Shown piece by piece: positions 51,201-62,967 of a stretch of DNA of 64,000 nt. Origin of the DNA: Leptogorgia sarmentosa. Its lineage: Eukaryota. The position numbers and the translations under genes were made by a program. The stretch lies in contig OZ210885.1 of the NCBI GenBank assembly GCA_964658305.1, positions 19,468,001-19,532,000 of the forward strand. The letters run 5' to 3'. The notes below the pieces were generated by a model. It had not been told where the DNA came from. It worked only from the letters and a program-made list of their open reading frames with translations, and searched no databases. Positions within the stretch are counted from its first letter, which is position 1, and each line of letters begins with the position of its first letter.

Positions 51201-52066
51201 TAATCTCTAGGCATAAAGGCAGAAAAAGCATCTTAAAATTAGTAAATTTGCGAAGGTTGGTCTTGAAGTGTTGTAAAATGCGGAATATATACGACACACA
51301 TTCGGCTCAAAAGTATGATAGTTTTTATTTTCGTAGCTACCTATAAAAAAATTGACCATACTATAGCTGTAATCCCCCAATATAACTATATTGCGACTAC
51401 AGTGAGGCTTGTTTTCCATATCGCATTTCCGTTACTGTGTTGGAAATTCGCAACAAAAACCGGATAAAAAAACACAATTTTGATTTAAAATATTATAAAC
51501 GGGACCATTCACCGCTTTAGGTATAATTAACAGGACCATTCACCGCTTTAGATATCATTAACAGGCCTAATTTTGGCTTGCATGTATGCATGTATATGCT
51601 GTCGCAGTAAACTTTAACCATATACTATATAGCTGAAATTTTATACAGAGTTCACGAGTCTTATCTATATGTAATGCACACAAAGACGTCTTGCTTGAAT
51701 ATAGACTTGAATATGTTGTACTACGGTCTACAGTTCTGTCCAATAATACTTCAAATGAGCGATGATTCATTAAACATTAAAACTTATTCGACCAGTGAAA
51801 GAATGTTCGTTAACAACGCAACATTATGTATACTGTAGTACTATTAGTCTTAGTAACTTATATATATAAGAGAGCTTATTATATACTTATTAGGACTGCG
51901 TGAATGCATTTCAGTCAGTTGAAAAGACTAGTTTTACCGTCTGCGGTTGCCAGTTGAAGCGAAATTAGAAATCGCGCGCGCTTGTCGGTTGCACATGCAT
52001 TCATCGCAACCTAACACTACAGATAAAGAAATACGTGTATTACAAAATATAAAACTTACCATCCAT
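48284..52066 (-). CDS. Intact 8-exon coiled-coil + BEN-domain accessory protein (~320 aa)
   Basis: Exons 52066-52060, 51075-50911, 50704-50645, 50254-50043, 49818-49693, 49056-48979, 48850-48673, 48420-48284; all GT-AG, phase-consistent, no stops; AIKLISQLFSDEEL..LDPERV..NQKCRD. Confidence 0.8.
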
Positions 52067-52648
52067 AGTCTTGTTTAAAACAGTTCTGGCCGTCATTTTT
52101 ATTAAACGTTGAAGTTTGAAGGTGCGGTTTGATGTTTTGGGCACAGTAGAATCCGAACCGGTCAATCAGCCAAGAAAACACAGGAAAATGTGACGCTGTG
52201 TGGCATTGTCCGGAACTTTATCCAATTGCACGTCTCAGTCCTGATTGGTTAAGATGTAAGATGATCGATGTGAAACAACCAGGTGCAGTTATATTGTCTC
52301 TCGCCGCTTCCGTAACATGATGTTTCACATGTCAATACAATGCTTGAAAGTGTTCGGTTGACTTTTAGAATATATATGTTATTCATTATATATCGTTCCT
52401 GTTTTGGCGCACGTATAATATTTGAGTACTGGTTAGGTAACAGCGATATAAAATACAAATTCATTTTAAAATTTCAACAAAGTGATATGATCCTCATTAA
52501 ATTTCGACCATTATCTATAGACTATAGGCATATGTTATGTTTGACACCTAGCAGCATTTTTCATCTCATACGCATACGCCACTTCATTTCACGCAGTCAA
52601 TGTATTTTAAAAACACGTTGTGATGCTTGAGCAGCCTTATAACAAAAC
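52067..52648. promoter_or_regulatory. Putative bidirectional promoter between the BEN gene and the transposase
   Basis: 582-bp gap between divergent ATGs with CCAAT (~52222) and ATTGG (~52244). Confidence 0.4.
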
Positions 52649-54609
52649 ATGTCGACCAGTGAAGAGGAAGACGTTTGGCCTTGTTCCTCAAACAACCTTC
52701 CTGAAACACCAAAAAAGTATCGCTTACGTATTGGTGGTTCATGTCGTAGTTATGGTAGAAAAAAGCATGCTTTGAAGTTTTGTGAATAGAGCAGTGGAGA
52801 GGATGTATTTGACAGCCCAAAAAAGTATTCAAAGCGCCGTAAAGAAAGTTTAAAGAAAGTCCAATCTCAACGTAGTGAAACCAACAGAGCCAATAATTCT
52901 ATTGATTCTGAAATATCCGACTTTGAAGTAACCGCCGACACGCAAATAGAATGTTGCAAAATTTCAGTTTCAAACACCATAAATGTAAATTTTGAAAATT
53001 CAGCTGATGCTGTCTTGAATAACGCTTCAGCCGATGATAGTTGTGACTCTATTGGTCATGAAGATAACAAAACTTCTTCAAGCGACTCACAAAGTGATGC
53101 TAACGAATTTGACTCTGACGACGATGTCAATGAATCTATCAGAACGGAAAGCGAGGGACGAAGTTCGGATAATTTGCTAGATAGCGACGAAGATGAAATT
53201 TCTATGTTCGAAACGCCAATATACAATGACGCAAACATCACCGTTGGTGCGAGTTCAATTCTCATTTTACAGTTTTGTCAAAAATACAAATTACCACAAG
53301 GAGCGCGAGATGATCTTATCAAACTTGTGAAACAACATTGCCCAGAAGAAGCACAGGAACGATTTCCAAAAACATACAGCAAAATGTTGAAATTCTTAAT
53401 TTCGGTTCTTCAAAAGGTTGAAAAGCAAGCTGTTTGTGGAGCTTGCGGCAAAGTTATTCCTTCGAGTTCCACACGTTGTGAAAATGGGCACGCTGATAGT
53501 CATGAAAACTCTTGTTTTTACAGTATTCCACTTGAGCCACAACTAAAGACGCTTCTTGAAGGTGGGTTCAGTTCATACAAAAATTAGCCCTACATATGAC
53601 AATTACTATTGACAATTCATTTTGCTCTATACCGTACGTTTTTGTAGCTTTTTTCAGTGATTTCTTAAAAAGGCATGCATGATAATACAGATCCATCTTG
53701 CCATGACATGCTTTGCTTACAGCTATATTTTTATCTATAATGTACAAATTTCCTCCACGTCCTTACCTAGAGCTATTCCCTTATCTCTAATACCTACACG
53801 ACGGCATTTATAAAATTCCTATTTGCACGCAAATATTTTATTTGTGCTATATTACGAATTCGAAAGAAATACAAAACATTTTTCCTTATTGTTTCCTTAT
53901 AACACTCGTGAGAGTTGCGGAAACTCGAAATTGGGAGAAAACACTCCATCCTAATACCGCACAATTTTTCGTTTTTCAATTTCCATAAGTTTTATATGTT
54001 TTGATTTTTCCAAGTTTCATTTCCAATAAATGACTCTGTCCCATAGAAAAATTAGTACGTATTACTCGTATATATAGAAAACAAAGGCTCGAACAGAATT
54101 TAAAATAATTGTACTCGAATTAAATTTTAGAATACAATCCGAGCATTTTAGAAAAATGCAGAAGCCAGCAACTCCAATGTCATCAAAGAGTATTAATCTT
54201 TAAAGATGTAACAGATGGTCTGTTGTACAAGGAAATGTCCATTAAAATGCATGGAGAAATTACTGCGAATGATAATACTTATGTTATTATGTTGATGTTA
54301 AATACCGATGGTGCCCCTGTTTTCAAATCACAGAACTATTCAATTTGGCCACTTTATGCAAGTGTTTTAGAACTTGCACCAGAAAGAAGGTATGTACACG
54401 TGTACTATTCATTGGTTCCATTCACATTCTATTGATTCTTACATTACCTAGTATTATACAATTAATTATGTAATGATCATGTAGATTGTCTGTCAAGAAT
54501 GTGCTACTTTTGGGTCTGTGGTATGGGCGTAAAAAACCAGACATAAATATCTTTCTGGAGCAGCCTCTTAAAGAAATAGATAATATTTGACAAAAACAAG
54601 GTGATTATG

Positions 54610-54792
54610 TGTCGTAAATAGCCTCCTTGATTAAATTACGACATTTCACATTATAAAAACAATATTATTTCACATTAAAAATGCAGAAAAATATAAAAAC
54701 AAAAACATGAAATTTGCCTTCCCAAACCACTGGCCACGTTACCCCCCACGATGAGTGACGTCACATCCGTACTGATCTATAAATCTCCGACA
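54610..54792 (-). repeat. BEL-B 3' LTR
   Basis: TGTCG...CGACA, adjacent to the PPT. Confidence 0.96.
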
Positions 54793-54896
54793 CCCTCCCC
54801 CAATATAACTTCGAAGAAGTTATATTCGACCTGTTCATGGAGATTTATTGCTGTCCTCTGACTTAACGATAACTGCAACAACTAATATTAAGGAAG

Positions 54897-57800
54897 TTAG
54901 TATAGATTGTCCGCATCTTCATCTTCTAGTATCTCTTGAACTAGTTGACTCGCATCCAACGCGGCCCGTCTCTTTGGACGAAAGATTTCTGCCTTCGGGT
55001 CAAGTTCGGTTGGTTCTGGTTTCTTCTTGCGATCACACGACAGTTCCAAAGGGAATAAATGTTGTACTGCTCGTTCCAATTGCTTTTCGCCCACCCGGAC
55101 TTTTACTCCCCTGACGACTCCGTCCTTTCCGGTAATTAACTCCTCGACAATCCCCAACGGCCATCTTCCGCGATTCTTTTCATCTGTTTTGAGTATCACT
55201 ACGTCACCAACAACAGGTACAGTTCCCTTTGATCCTGTTAAATTTTGATGCCTTTCTCTCAGACTTCGTAAATATTCCTGGCTCCAGCGCTTCCACATGG
55301 CTTCTTTACACTTGATTAGATGCTTCGCTTGTTTCCGCAAATCACTCTGCTCAATTCGATGGACCTGAAGCTCAGGTATGGTATTGCTGTTGAGGTATAG
55401 CATGCTGTTTGGTGTTAGGACAGGCAATTGCACATCATCTTCTACATATCCGAGGGGCCGATTATTCAGAGCAAACTCCACGTCCAAAAGTATTTCCTCG
55501 AGCTCCTTCCATGCAAGAAACCCATTCCCTATCGTTTTGTTCAATGCTCCCTTGACCAAACCAATCATTCTTTCAAACTGACCGCCCCACCATGGGGCGC
55601 GGCTCAAGTTGAACTGCCAAGATATCTGGTGAACTGATAAGAAGTTTTGAATTCGTTCATCCTCAGACACAGCTTTCATCCAGCGTGCAGCACCAATGAA
55701 TGTTCCCCCATTGTCTGAATATATACGTTCTGGTCGCCCTCTACGTGCAATGTAACGCTTGAGACTCAGTATAAATTCTGTAAGTTCCAAACTGGGCAAA
55801 AGATCAAGGTAAATGCCTCTTGTTAAGCTGCAAGCATACAGCAATACATATGACTTCCCGTCTCTTCCGTTTCTCTTTCGATATCGTATAGGTCCCGCGT
55901 AGTCCACACCAATCACCTGATACGGATTAGCTTCTTGAGTACGAGTGGTAGGTAGAATCCCTGTCGTTGGTTTCGCGTATGCTGATAGCCTGAATCTCTT
56001 ACATCCATAGCACTGGTTACGAATCTTTCTAACGAGGCGCCTGAGACGCGGAATCCAATATCGCCTACGCACTTCGGTCATTGTCATGCCAATACCACCA
56101 TCAAGCGTTAACCTGTGAGCTTCTTCTACGATTTTCTGTGCTAATATGTGACTGTCCGGGACGTATATGGGATATTCCCCTTGAATTCGACCGCGACATT
56201 CCAGGAGGTTAGTTTCATTGGGTTTCAAATTTAGTGATATGCGATCTTCTTCACAGGTGCAGCTTTCTTGGGCATGTCTGATAAACAGAATTCGCTGACG
56301 TTCCGTTTCAGTTGTGGTCAAAGGTCCTTCGGTACGTACAGTCCCCCGACTCTGTAAAGCGTTATTCATGAAACGATAGATCCACGAGAATATTCGGATC
56401 GCTTTCTGTAACCTAAATTTCGCCAACACGTCGTTGATCTTACTTTGCTGTGCTACTGCTGCATTCACAAGCGTTTTCGCCGGTTTTGCTTCAACTTTAC
56501 TTTCGACCGATGGCTTCGTTACGATATCCGGTGGCCACGATTCTGGGTCTTGCAGCCAGGTAGGCCCATTCATCCACAGCTCTTGCTTGTGCTGACTTCC
56601 CCGACTACCCATATCCGCGGGATTGCTATTGGTCGGAACATGACGCCACACTACCCCCTCATGACTGCGAATTTTTCTAACCCGATTTTCGACAAACTGT
56701 TTGTACGTCTCAGTACCTTTTAACCAGTACAGAACAACTGAACTGTCGGACCAGCAGGTTATATTATTCAGTGGGAATCCCCTCATCGCTTCTTTCACGT
56801 TTTCCGCGAGGTTGACAGCCATATGGGCGGCTAGCAATTCTAGCCTTGGGATCGTCATCTGGGGCTTCGCCAATCGAGATCTTGCTGCAACTAAACCCTG
56901 ATTCGCGCCGGATGGTTGTCGCACGACAGCATACACACACGCAGCGAGACCGCTACCACTGGCATCACCAAACGAGTGGAGTTCTACGCTGTCAATCGAT
57001 TCTTGGTGCGAAGCCAGGGATCTTGGGAACTCTATGTCCACAGGCAGTGCGTTCTCCCAGTCAGTCCACTGTCTGTGGAGTGGATATGGAATTGGGTCGT
57101 CCCAAGGTTTCTTCGAATCGCACGCGGCTCGATACAATAGTTTACCCGAGAGTGTTGCTGGAGATGCAATGCCAAGAGGGTCATAAATTTTAGCCAATTT
57201 TGTCAGCACACCCCGCTTTGTTGCTACTGCCTCTTCTTGAGGAAATGTGACAGACAAAGTATCTGAATTCTTGTCCCAATTCAGCCCGAGAAGACTAGAA
57301 GCTCCCATGCCCGGTTTCTGCAGGTGTTGCTTAGCATAGGTGGGTTCAGCTGCTGGATCTTGATTTGACTCGAGTTCCCGAGCGTTTGAATGCCATTTGT
57401 GAAGTTGGAAACAGGCGTCTCCAAATATATCTGATGCTTTGGCTTTGAGCTCTGATGCCCCTTGTACAGTTGTCGACCCAGAGATGAGATCGTCTACGTA
57501 TAATTCACGTTTAAGCTTAGCAACCGTCTCTGGTTCTCTATCTTCCCAGGTAGATAGGTGTGCTTTGATGACCCCACCAAGTAAGAATGGTGATGTAGTC
57601 AAACCAAATAGAGCCCTAGTGAATCGCAGGGTCTCCACCTCGGATTTGCCGCTTTCTTGCCAATGAAATCGCAAGGCATCACGATCGTTTGCTCTGATTC
57701 GGACTTGTAAAAAGGCCTTTTGAATATCGCCACTGAGCGCAACAGGGTAGAACCGACTCCTCACCAAAACGTTCCACAGCTTATTCTGTAATGGAGGCCC

Positions 57801-60068
57801 CGTGTGTAAGCACTCATTCAGTGAAGGAGCCCCTTCGTAAGCTCGAGCCGATGCGTCGTAGACCACTCGAATTTTAGTTGACTCGGCGTTTGGTCGTACA
57901 ACCGGTTTGTGTGGTATAAAAAATTCAGTTCCGATTGCGGGTTGGTCTGCAGGCTCGACGATGCCCACTTCGCGTTGTTCATCAATAATCTCTTTATACT
58001 GGGTGGCCAGATGTTGGCTCTCAAGTTTCCGAGTTAAGCTTCGCAGTCGACGTAGGCTGCCATTTCTGTTGTTGGGTAGAGGGGGGTGGTTACCTCGCCC
58101 TGGCAACCCCGTTTCGTACCATCCCTCTTCGCTCCGTACGAGTTGTTCCTTGAACTCGTCATACACTCCGCTTTGGTCTTCTGTTGCTTTGTCTTGCAAT
58201 CCCAGGACATCTTGTCGGCACAACTCCTCATACTCAACCCGAGACGTTTGCGTGAGAAGCATCTTGGTTTCATTGAAGCATTCTTTCCCCGGTGATATAA
58301 TCGTCCACCCGAGTCGTGTAAGCTCGGCAATAGGCTGTCCCGATGTTCCAATTTTTGGTGGCGTGGTTGTTTTCACCTTCGCATACTCGCTCGCTCCCAG
58401 AATGATGTGCACAGGTAGTTGTTCCTTAGCGTCAGTGTCCTCCATCGCAACTCCTTCCAAGTGTGGGTAATTCTTAATAAGCTGCTGATATTGTGGGTTT
58501 TCAAGCAAAATGAGTTCCCCTTTCTCCACTTTTGCCACTTCGACCGCCATCTCAAATTGTCCCGAACTTGCTTTCACATTAATTGTTCGTAGCTCCATTT
58601 CCCTCGTAGTAGTACCCAACATCATCTCGACTTTCCTTGTTTCCCGCTTGCATTCACGTCTTGGTAACCTGTCTATCAGTGCTGCGGATGCGTATGAACT
58701 GCCGGCGCCCGTGTCAAGTAAAGCCCGGCACTTTACACCTTCGACATCGACAATGACTACTGGGTAAACTATAGTGTTCTTATTTCCATGTTGCGCGGTT
58801 AACAGTTGCTCTGCTGGGGGTGTTTCGGTACAAATCGAGGTGTGATGCTTTCTATTGCACTTTCTACATCTTGATTTACTTTTACAGTTGGCTGCCTGAT
58901 GTTGCGTACCTGTACAGTTAAAGCACCGTCCTTTCTTTGCTAAGATTTTCTTCCTGTTGTCTACGGAGACCACTGTCGTGCAGTCCCCACTCTTGTGCGC
59001 GGTGTTCTCGCAGTACACGCACGCCCGCGAAGAGGTCTCGTGTTCCACGTCTCGTGTGTGAAAGAAAGGTGAGCGTTTGAACGATTTCTGTTTCTCGGCA
59101 ATGTTGTCTTCGGTGGGATGAATATCTCGCCATTTCTTCAGTTGCTCGAGTAGGTCGGTGAAACTCCAGTTTTGCCAACCCTCGTTACCACGTACCAAAT
59201 CAGCTTTAATGCCCTTTAACTTTTCTAAGGTGGATCGAACGTTGCCTTTCACGTCTGCGAGTTTTCCCATTGTTTCGAGACTTTGTACATTGTATCTTAG
59301 CTGTTTATAAAATTCGCCTATTCTTTTTGGATTTGCCCCACTAATCACTGGCAAACCCATAATGTTTTGTACGTAGGCATTAACCACTTCCGATGTCTGT
59401 CCGTATTCCGCCTCGAGTATCGCCTTCGCCTTTGAATAGCCTTCTTCTGTAAACGGGAGTCCATCTATGTCAGCTCTAATCGGTTCTTCTAGAAGTCCTT
59501 TTAAGTACGAAAATTTAGTTAACACTGACAAATTCGCTGCATCGATCTCTGAACTGAATTTCCCCCAAAAGGGCAACCACGACTCAAATTTTCCGTTAAA
59601 TTTAGTTATAGGAAGTTTTGGTAATTTGGCTCCGGAAATTTTACTGTTTACATTTGCTTGATTTTGTTCGTCTTTCAAATTTTGCTCGAATTGGGCTTTT
59701 TGCTGTAATAATTCTTGCTCAAACATCATATTTTGCTTATGTATCATCACACTTTTCGCTTCTTCTTCGCATGAATCGATTTCTTTAATCTTCTGAGTTA
59801 ACATTCGTATATAATCATCGGTTTTACTCAGGTCTTGTTCGATTTCTCTGCCCCATTCAGCGACTTGTTCTTCGGTTTCCCCTTTCGAAAATTTCCTTTC
59901 TTCGATATTCTCTTTTAGCTCAATAACCACTTTCGAAATGCTCACAATCGATGCTTTCTGACGTAGACATGCTTCCCTGTCGTTTTTATGTAAAGCTTCA
60001 TCTGTTTTACTCACCCGAAATCGCAGTGCTTTCACTTTGCTCGCGAGCTCTGCAAGCTGTTTCTCCAT
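54897..60068 (-). CDS. BEL gag-pol polyprotein, uninterrupted 1723 aa
   Basis: LPKLPITKFNG, CCHC knuckles, LLDTGAGSSY, YVDD, FGDASG, DYAGP, SDNG, WPLG. Confidence 0.96.
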   Translation of the reverse strand: MEKQLAELASKVKALRFRVSKTDEALHKNDREACLRQKASIVSISKVVIELKENIEERKFSKGETEEQVAEWGREIEQDLSKTDDYIRMLTQKIKEIDSCEEEAKSVMIHKQNMMFEQELLQQKAQFEQNLKDEQNQANVNSKISGAKLPKLPITKFNGKFESWLPFWGKFSSEIDAANLSVLTKFSYLKGLLEEPIRADIDGLPFTEEGYSKAKAILEAEYGQTSEVVNAYVQNIMGLPVISGANPKRIGEFYKQLRYNVQSLETMGKLADVKGNVRSTLEKLKGIKADLVRGNEGWQNWSFTDLLEQLKKWRDIHPTEDNIAEKQKSFKRSPFFHTRDVEHETSSRACVYCENTAHKSGDCTTVVSVDNRKKILAKKGRCFNCTGTQHQAANCKSKSRCRKCNRKHHTSICTETPPAEQLLTAQHGNKNTIVYPVVIVDVEGVKCRALLDTGAGSSYASAALIDRLPRRECKRETRKVEMMLGTTTREMELRTINVKASSGQFEMAVEVAKVEKGELILLENPQYQQLIKNYPHLEGVAMEDTDAKEQLPVHIILGASEYAKVKTTTPPKIGTSGQPIAELTRLGWTIISPGKECFNETKMLLTQTSRVEYEELCRQDVLGLQDKATEDQSGVYDEFKEQLVRSEEGWYETGLPGRGNHPPLPNNRNGSLRRLRSLTRKLESQHLATQYKEIIDEQREVGIVEPADQPAIGTEFFIPHKPVVRPNAESTKIRVVYDASARAYEGAPSLNECLHTGPPLQNKLWNVLVRSRFYPVALSGDIQKAFLQVRIRANDRDALRFHWQESGKSEVETLRFTRALFGLTTSPFLLGGVIKAHLSTWEDREPETVAKLKRELYVDDLISGSTTVQGASELKAKASDIFGDACFQLHKWHSNARELESNQDPAAEPTYAKQHLQKPGMGASSLLGLNWDKNSDTLSVTFPQEEAVATKRGVLTKLAKIYDPLGIASPATLSGKLLYRAACDSKKPWDDPIPYPLHRQWTDWENALPVDIEFPRSLASHQESIDSVELHSFGDASGSGLAACVYAVVRQPSGANQGLVAARSRLAKPQMTIPRLELLAAHMAVNLAENVKEAMRGFPLNNITCWSDSSVVLYWLKGTETYKQFVENRVRKIRSHEGVVWRHVPTNSNPADMGSRGSQHKQELWMNGPTWLQDPESWPPDIVTKPSVESKVEAKPAKTLVNAAVAQQSKINDVLAKFRLQKAIRIFSWIYRFMNNALQSRGTVRTEGPLTTTETERQRILFIRHAQESCTCEEDRISLNLKPNETNLLECRGRIQGEYPIYVPDSHILAQKIVEEAHRLTLDGGIGMTMTEVRRRYWIPRLRRLVRKIRNQCYGCKRFRLSAYAKPTTGILPTTRTQEANPYQVIGVDYAGPIRYRKRNGRDGKSYVLLYACSLTRGIYLDLLPSLELTEFILSLKRYIARRGRPERIYSDNGGTFIGAARWMKAVSEDERIQNFLSVHQISWQFNLSRAPWWGGQFERMIGLVKGALNKTIGNGFLAWKELEEILLDVEFALNNRPLGYVEDDVQLPVLTPNSMLYLNSNTIPELQVHRIEQSDLRKQAKHLIKCKEAMWKRWSQEYLRSLRERHQNLTGSKGTVPVVGDVVILKTDEKNRGRWPLGIVEELITGKDGVVRGVKVRVGEKQLERAVQHLFPLELSCDRKKKPEPTELDPKAEIFRPKRRAALDASQLVQEILEDEDADNLY

Positions 60069-60167
60069 GTCGAAATTCTGTATTGTTTATAAAATACGTA
60101 TTGTTTTGTATCTTTTTCCCGTTATATCTCGTTTTAAATTATCACAATCCCGTCGGAGGTGCCACTA

Positions 60168-60350
60168 TGTCGTAAATAGCCTCCTTGATTAAATCACGAC
60201 ATTTCACATTATAAAAACAATATTATTTCACATTAAAAATGCAGAAAAATATAAAAACAAAAACATGAAATTTGCCTTCCCAAACCACTGGCCACGTTAC
60301 CCCCCACGATGAGTGACGTCACATCCGTACTGATCTATAAATCTCCGACA
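60168..60350 (-). repeat. BEL-B 5' LTR
   Basis: Followed on the minus strand by the PBS-like TAGTGGCACCTCCGACGGG. Confidence 0.96.
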
Positions 60351-62967
60351 TATGTACTATTTATAAATTCCACTAAAAAACTAAAACAATAGGACAGGTA
60401 AGCTCTATTTCTTCACGGAGGTGAAATCAAACCGTACGCATTCTATACACTAATGATATTTTCTTTCGTGAATAGGAATTGTGTGCAAGGACAAAGTGAC
60501 AAACGTTCCCTTCAGGTTTTTGGTTCAGCTGCATAGTCTGATTTGTGACTTGCCAGGAAAAGCTATGGCTTTATTGCACAAACTTTTTAATGGCAAATTC
60601 GGATGTGTGGTAAAAATACAACAATTTTTACTTTTACATGGACTTGCATTTATGGAGAATATATGTACATAAATCTGTACCATAAAAATTTATTTTAGAT
60701 CTGTTTTCATCCGGGAACAAGACTTCAAATTCCTGGAAATGTTAGAGTTTATCCTTATAAAGAAGATCCATATGAACTCAGAACAAGTGAAACAATGAAA
60801 GCACATGCAATAATGGCCCAACAGAGTGGTACTGATGTAAGGATCAAGTTTAAAACCACGATCATCACTGCCGGCATGCCCAGTAATTTTTGTAAACTTG
60901 TTATCTATATAATTGTGATTTAATGCAGATTTTTGGTGTGAAAGGCTTGTCTATTCTTCATGAGCACATGAGGATTCCTGATGGCTGTCCTGTTGATTAC
61001 ATGCACTGCATACTTCAAGGTAATTCTTTTATAATGTACCATAATTGCTTTAAATCACTGTCTGAACGCCTTACGGCTCGTTATGTCTCGTTCTTCCAAA
61101 CTACCAAGCATGTTCTATAAAAACGGATTTTTAGTATGTCTTGTATTATATACTCATGCATATGTATACTACATACATATAGGGACTGGAAAATGGATTA
61201 TTAAATCCCTCTTGGATTCCAAAAATAAAAACGAATCGTACTACCTTAAGCCAGAAGACCAAAGAGCAATAAATGAAAAATTAGCAACATTATTGGTACC
61301 ACATGATATGAACAGAAAGCCGAGGTCGCTTAATGACATAAGTCAGTGGAAAGGTAGCGTGTGTGCATGAAATGTAGCTCAAGATTTAGAAATTCTTGTT
61401 GCGTATGTATATTCAAACGGTTTTTTTGTTCTGTTTCATGTGTTTTCAGCTTCCGAAATTCAACATTTTTTGCTGTATTTTGGTCTTCCCGTACTCAAAC
61501 CATTCATGCATCATGAATACTTTCATCACCTGGCTCTCCTTTCTACCGCAATGTGGTTATTGTTGAAGAGGGAGATTACATTGGAAGATATTGAGCAAGC
61601 AAGCGACCTCCTTAAGTCGTTCTGCCGTCTTATGAAACAATATTATGGTGTGCTAATGTTTACCAAAAAATGCAGTTAATATTACTGATTTGAAATTAAC
61701 TTTTAGATTGGATTGTTTTGTATTTTAGGTGAACGTAGTGAAACAATAAATGTGCACAGTTTGACACACTTGGCAGAACAAGTAAAGTTAATGGGACCTC
61801 TGTGGACACACTCCGCATTTGGTTTTGAAGCCATGATTGCCGAAACATTAAAAGGTTTCAAAGGCACCAGAGGAGTTTCACAACAGGCACGCATGGATTA
61901 AGAATTTACTAGCAATATGGAAATCGCCACAAAAAAGTGTAGCGCGTTGTTTTGTCCAGTATAATAAGCTAGAAAGTTGGCTATATGGCCACCAGAATGA
62001 GTGTGACTAAACGATTTTGCTATGGGCAAACCCAGTAAAGCAAATGCCTTATACTGTATATTGCAGATAATCCGGAGCTATCTTATCGATAAACAAGTGC
62101 ATCTTTTGACCAACAAATTGTGCAACTCCGACACAGTTGCTGAAATACGCGATTTCTGTCGGCAACTTTCACTGTCAAAACCCAGGTAAATACCGTGACT
62201 TTCTTGTTATTGTTAGTTTTTGAACCGTTAAATTCCTAGCTGTGAGAATATAGCGCTATGCTAACGGTGCAGGCCAACCCTTTGATTAATAGTTTCTTAT
62301 ATATGTTGTTTAAAAACCCGGAAGCTGAACCTTTTTAAATTTTCAATAATATTTTCTTTCATTGTACGGCAGGTCAGACTGGATGCTTGTAGGAGAGGAC
62401 ATATTGTTTTCAGTCCCATTCAAAACACGCGTAATCAATGCGTTGGAGTTGGATGCCCTTAATAAACTTTGCACCACTATTGGATTAAATTCCGTGAATT
62501 CTGATGTGTCAGGCAGTTATTGCCAGCGGATTTCGAAATCAGGAGAAGTATTCCATACACGGACTTACAAGAGATCTAAAAAATCATGCAGTACTGTGGT
62601 TCAATTCTGCCTGCCAAATAATGAGAAAGATTTACGCTATGGGGAAATTCAAGAATTCCTATGCATTCCTTCCCTAAGTGTGGCTTTTGTTCAGCCTTTT
62701 ACGGAAATTGTGACTAGCATTTGCAAAAATGAGATTGCTGCCCCACGTGATTCAACTGTTAATGAATTTTGCTCAAAAAAGCTACTTGGGATTCACCACA
62801 CTCCAGTCTCTTCCGCTGATTCTGATCTGATAGCCATTTTGTGCAAAGATATATTGGCTAAATGCATAGTTGTTAAAACTAATGAACTTTCTGTCCATGC
62901 ATACATCGCTCGTGTTAATGATGTTAATTGTACATAGGTCGTATCATGTTAAATAAAAAATCAATGA

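Larger units (their letters stand above)
54610..60350 (-). mobile_element. Young full-length BEL/Pao LTR retrotransposon (BEL-B) in a transposase intron
   Basis: 183-bp LTRs with one mismatch; PPT GGGGGAGGG; flanking TATG duplication. Confidence 0.97.
52649..62937 (+). pseudogene. EnSpm/CACTA transposase, ~11 exons, premature stops at 52787 and 54588
   Basis: DVTDG..Y, NTDGAPVFKS..SIWP, CDLPG..FNG.FGC..C.HPG, DYMH, KPRS..WKASE, NVHSL.H..GPLW..SAFGFE. Confidence 0.88.

Noticed and set aside
51501..51565. Short tandem duplication GGACCATTCACCGCTTTAG
   Set aside because: Ordinary intronic slippage duplication
55027..59661. Many plus-strand ORFs
   Set aside because: Antisense shadows of the BEL gag-pol; likewise 3387-3848 for the PLE
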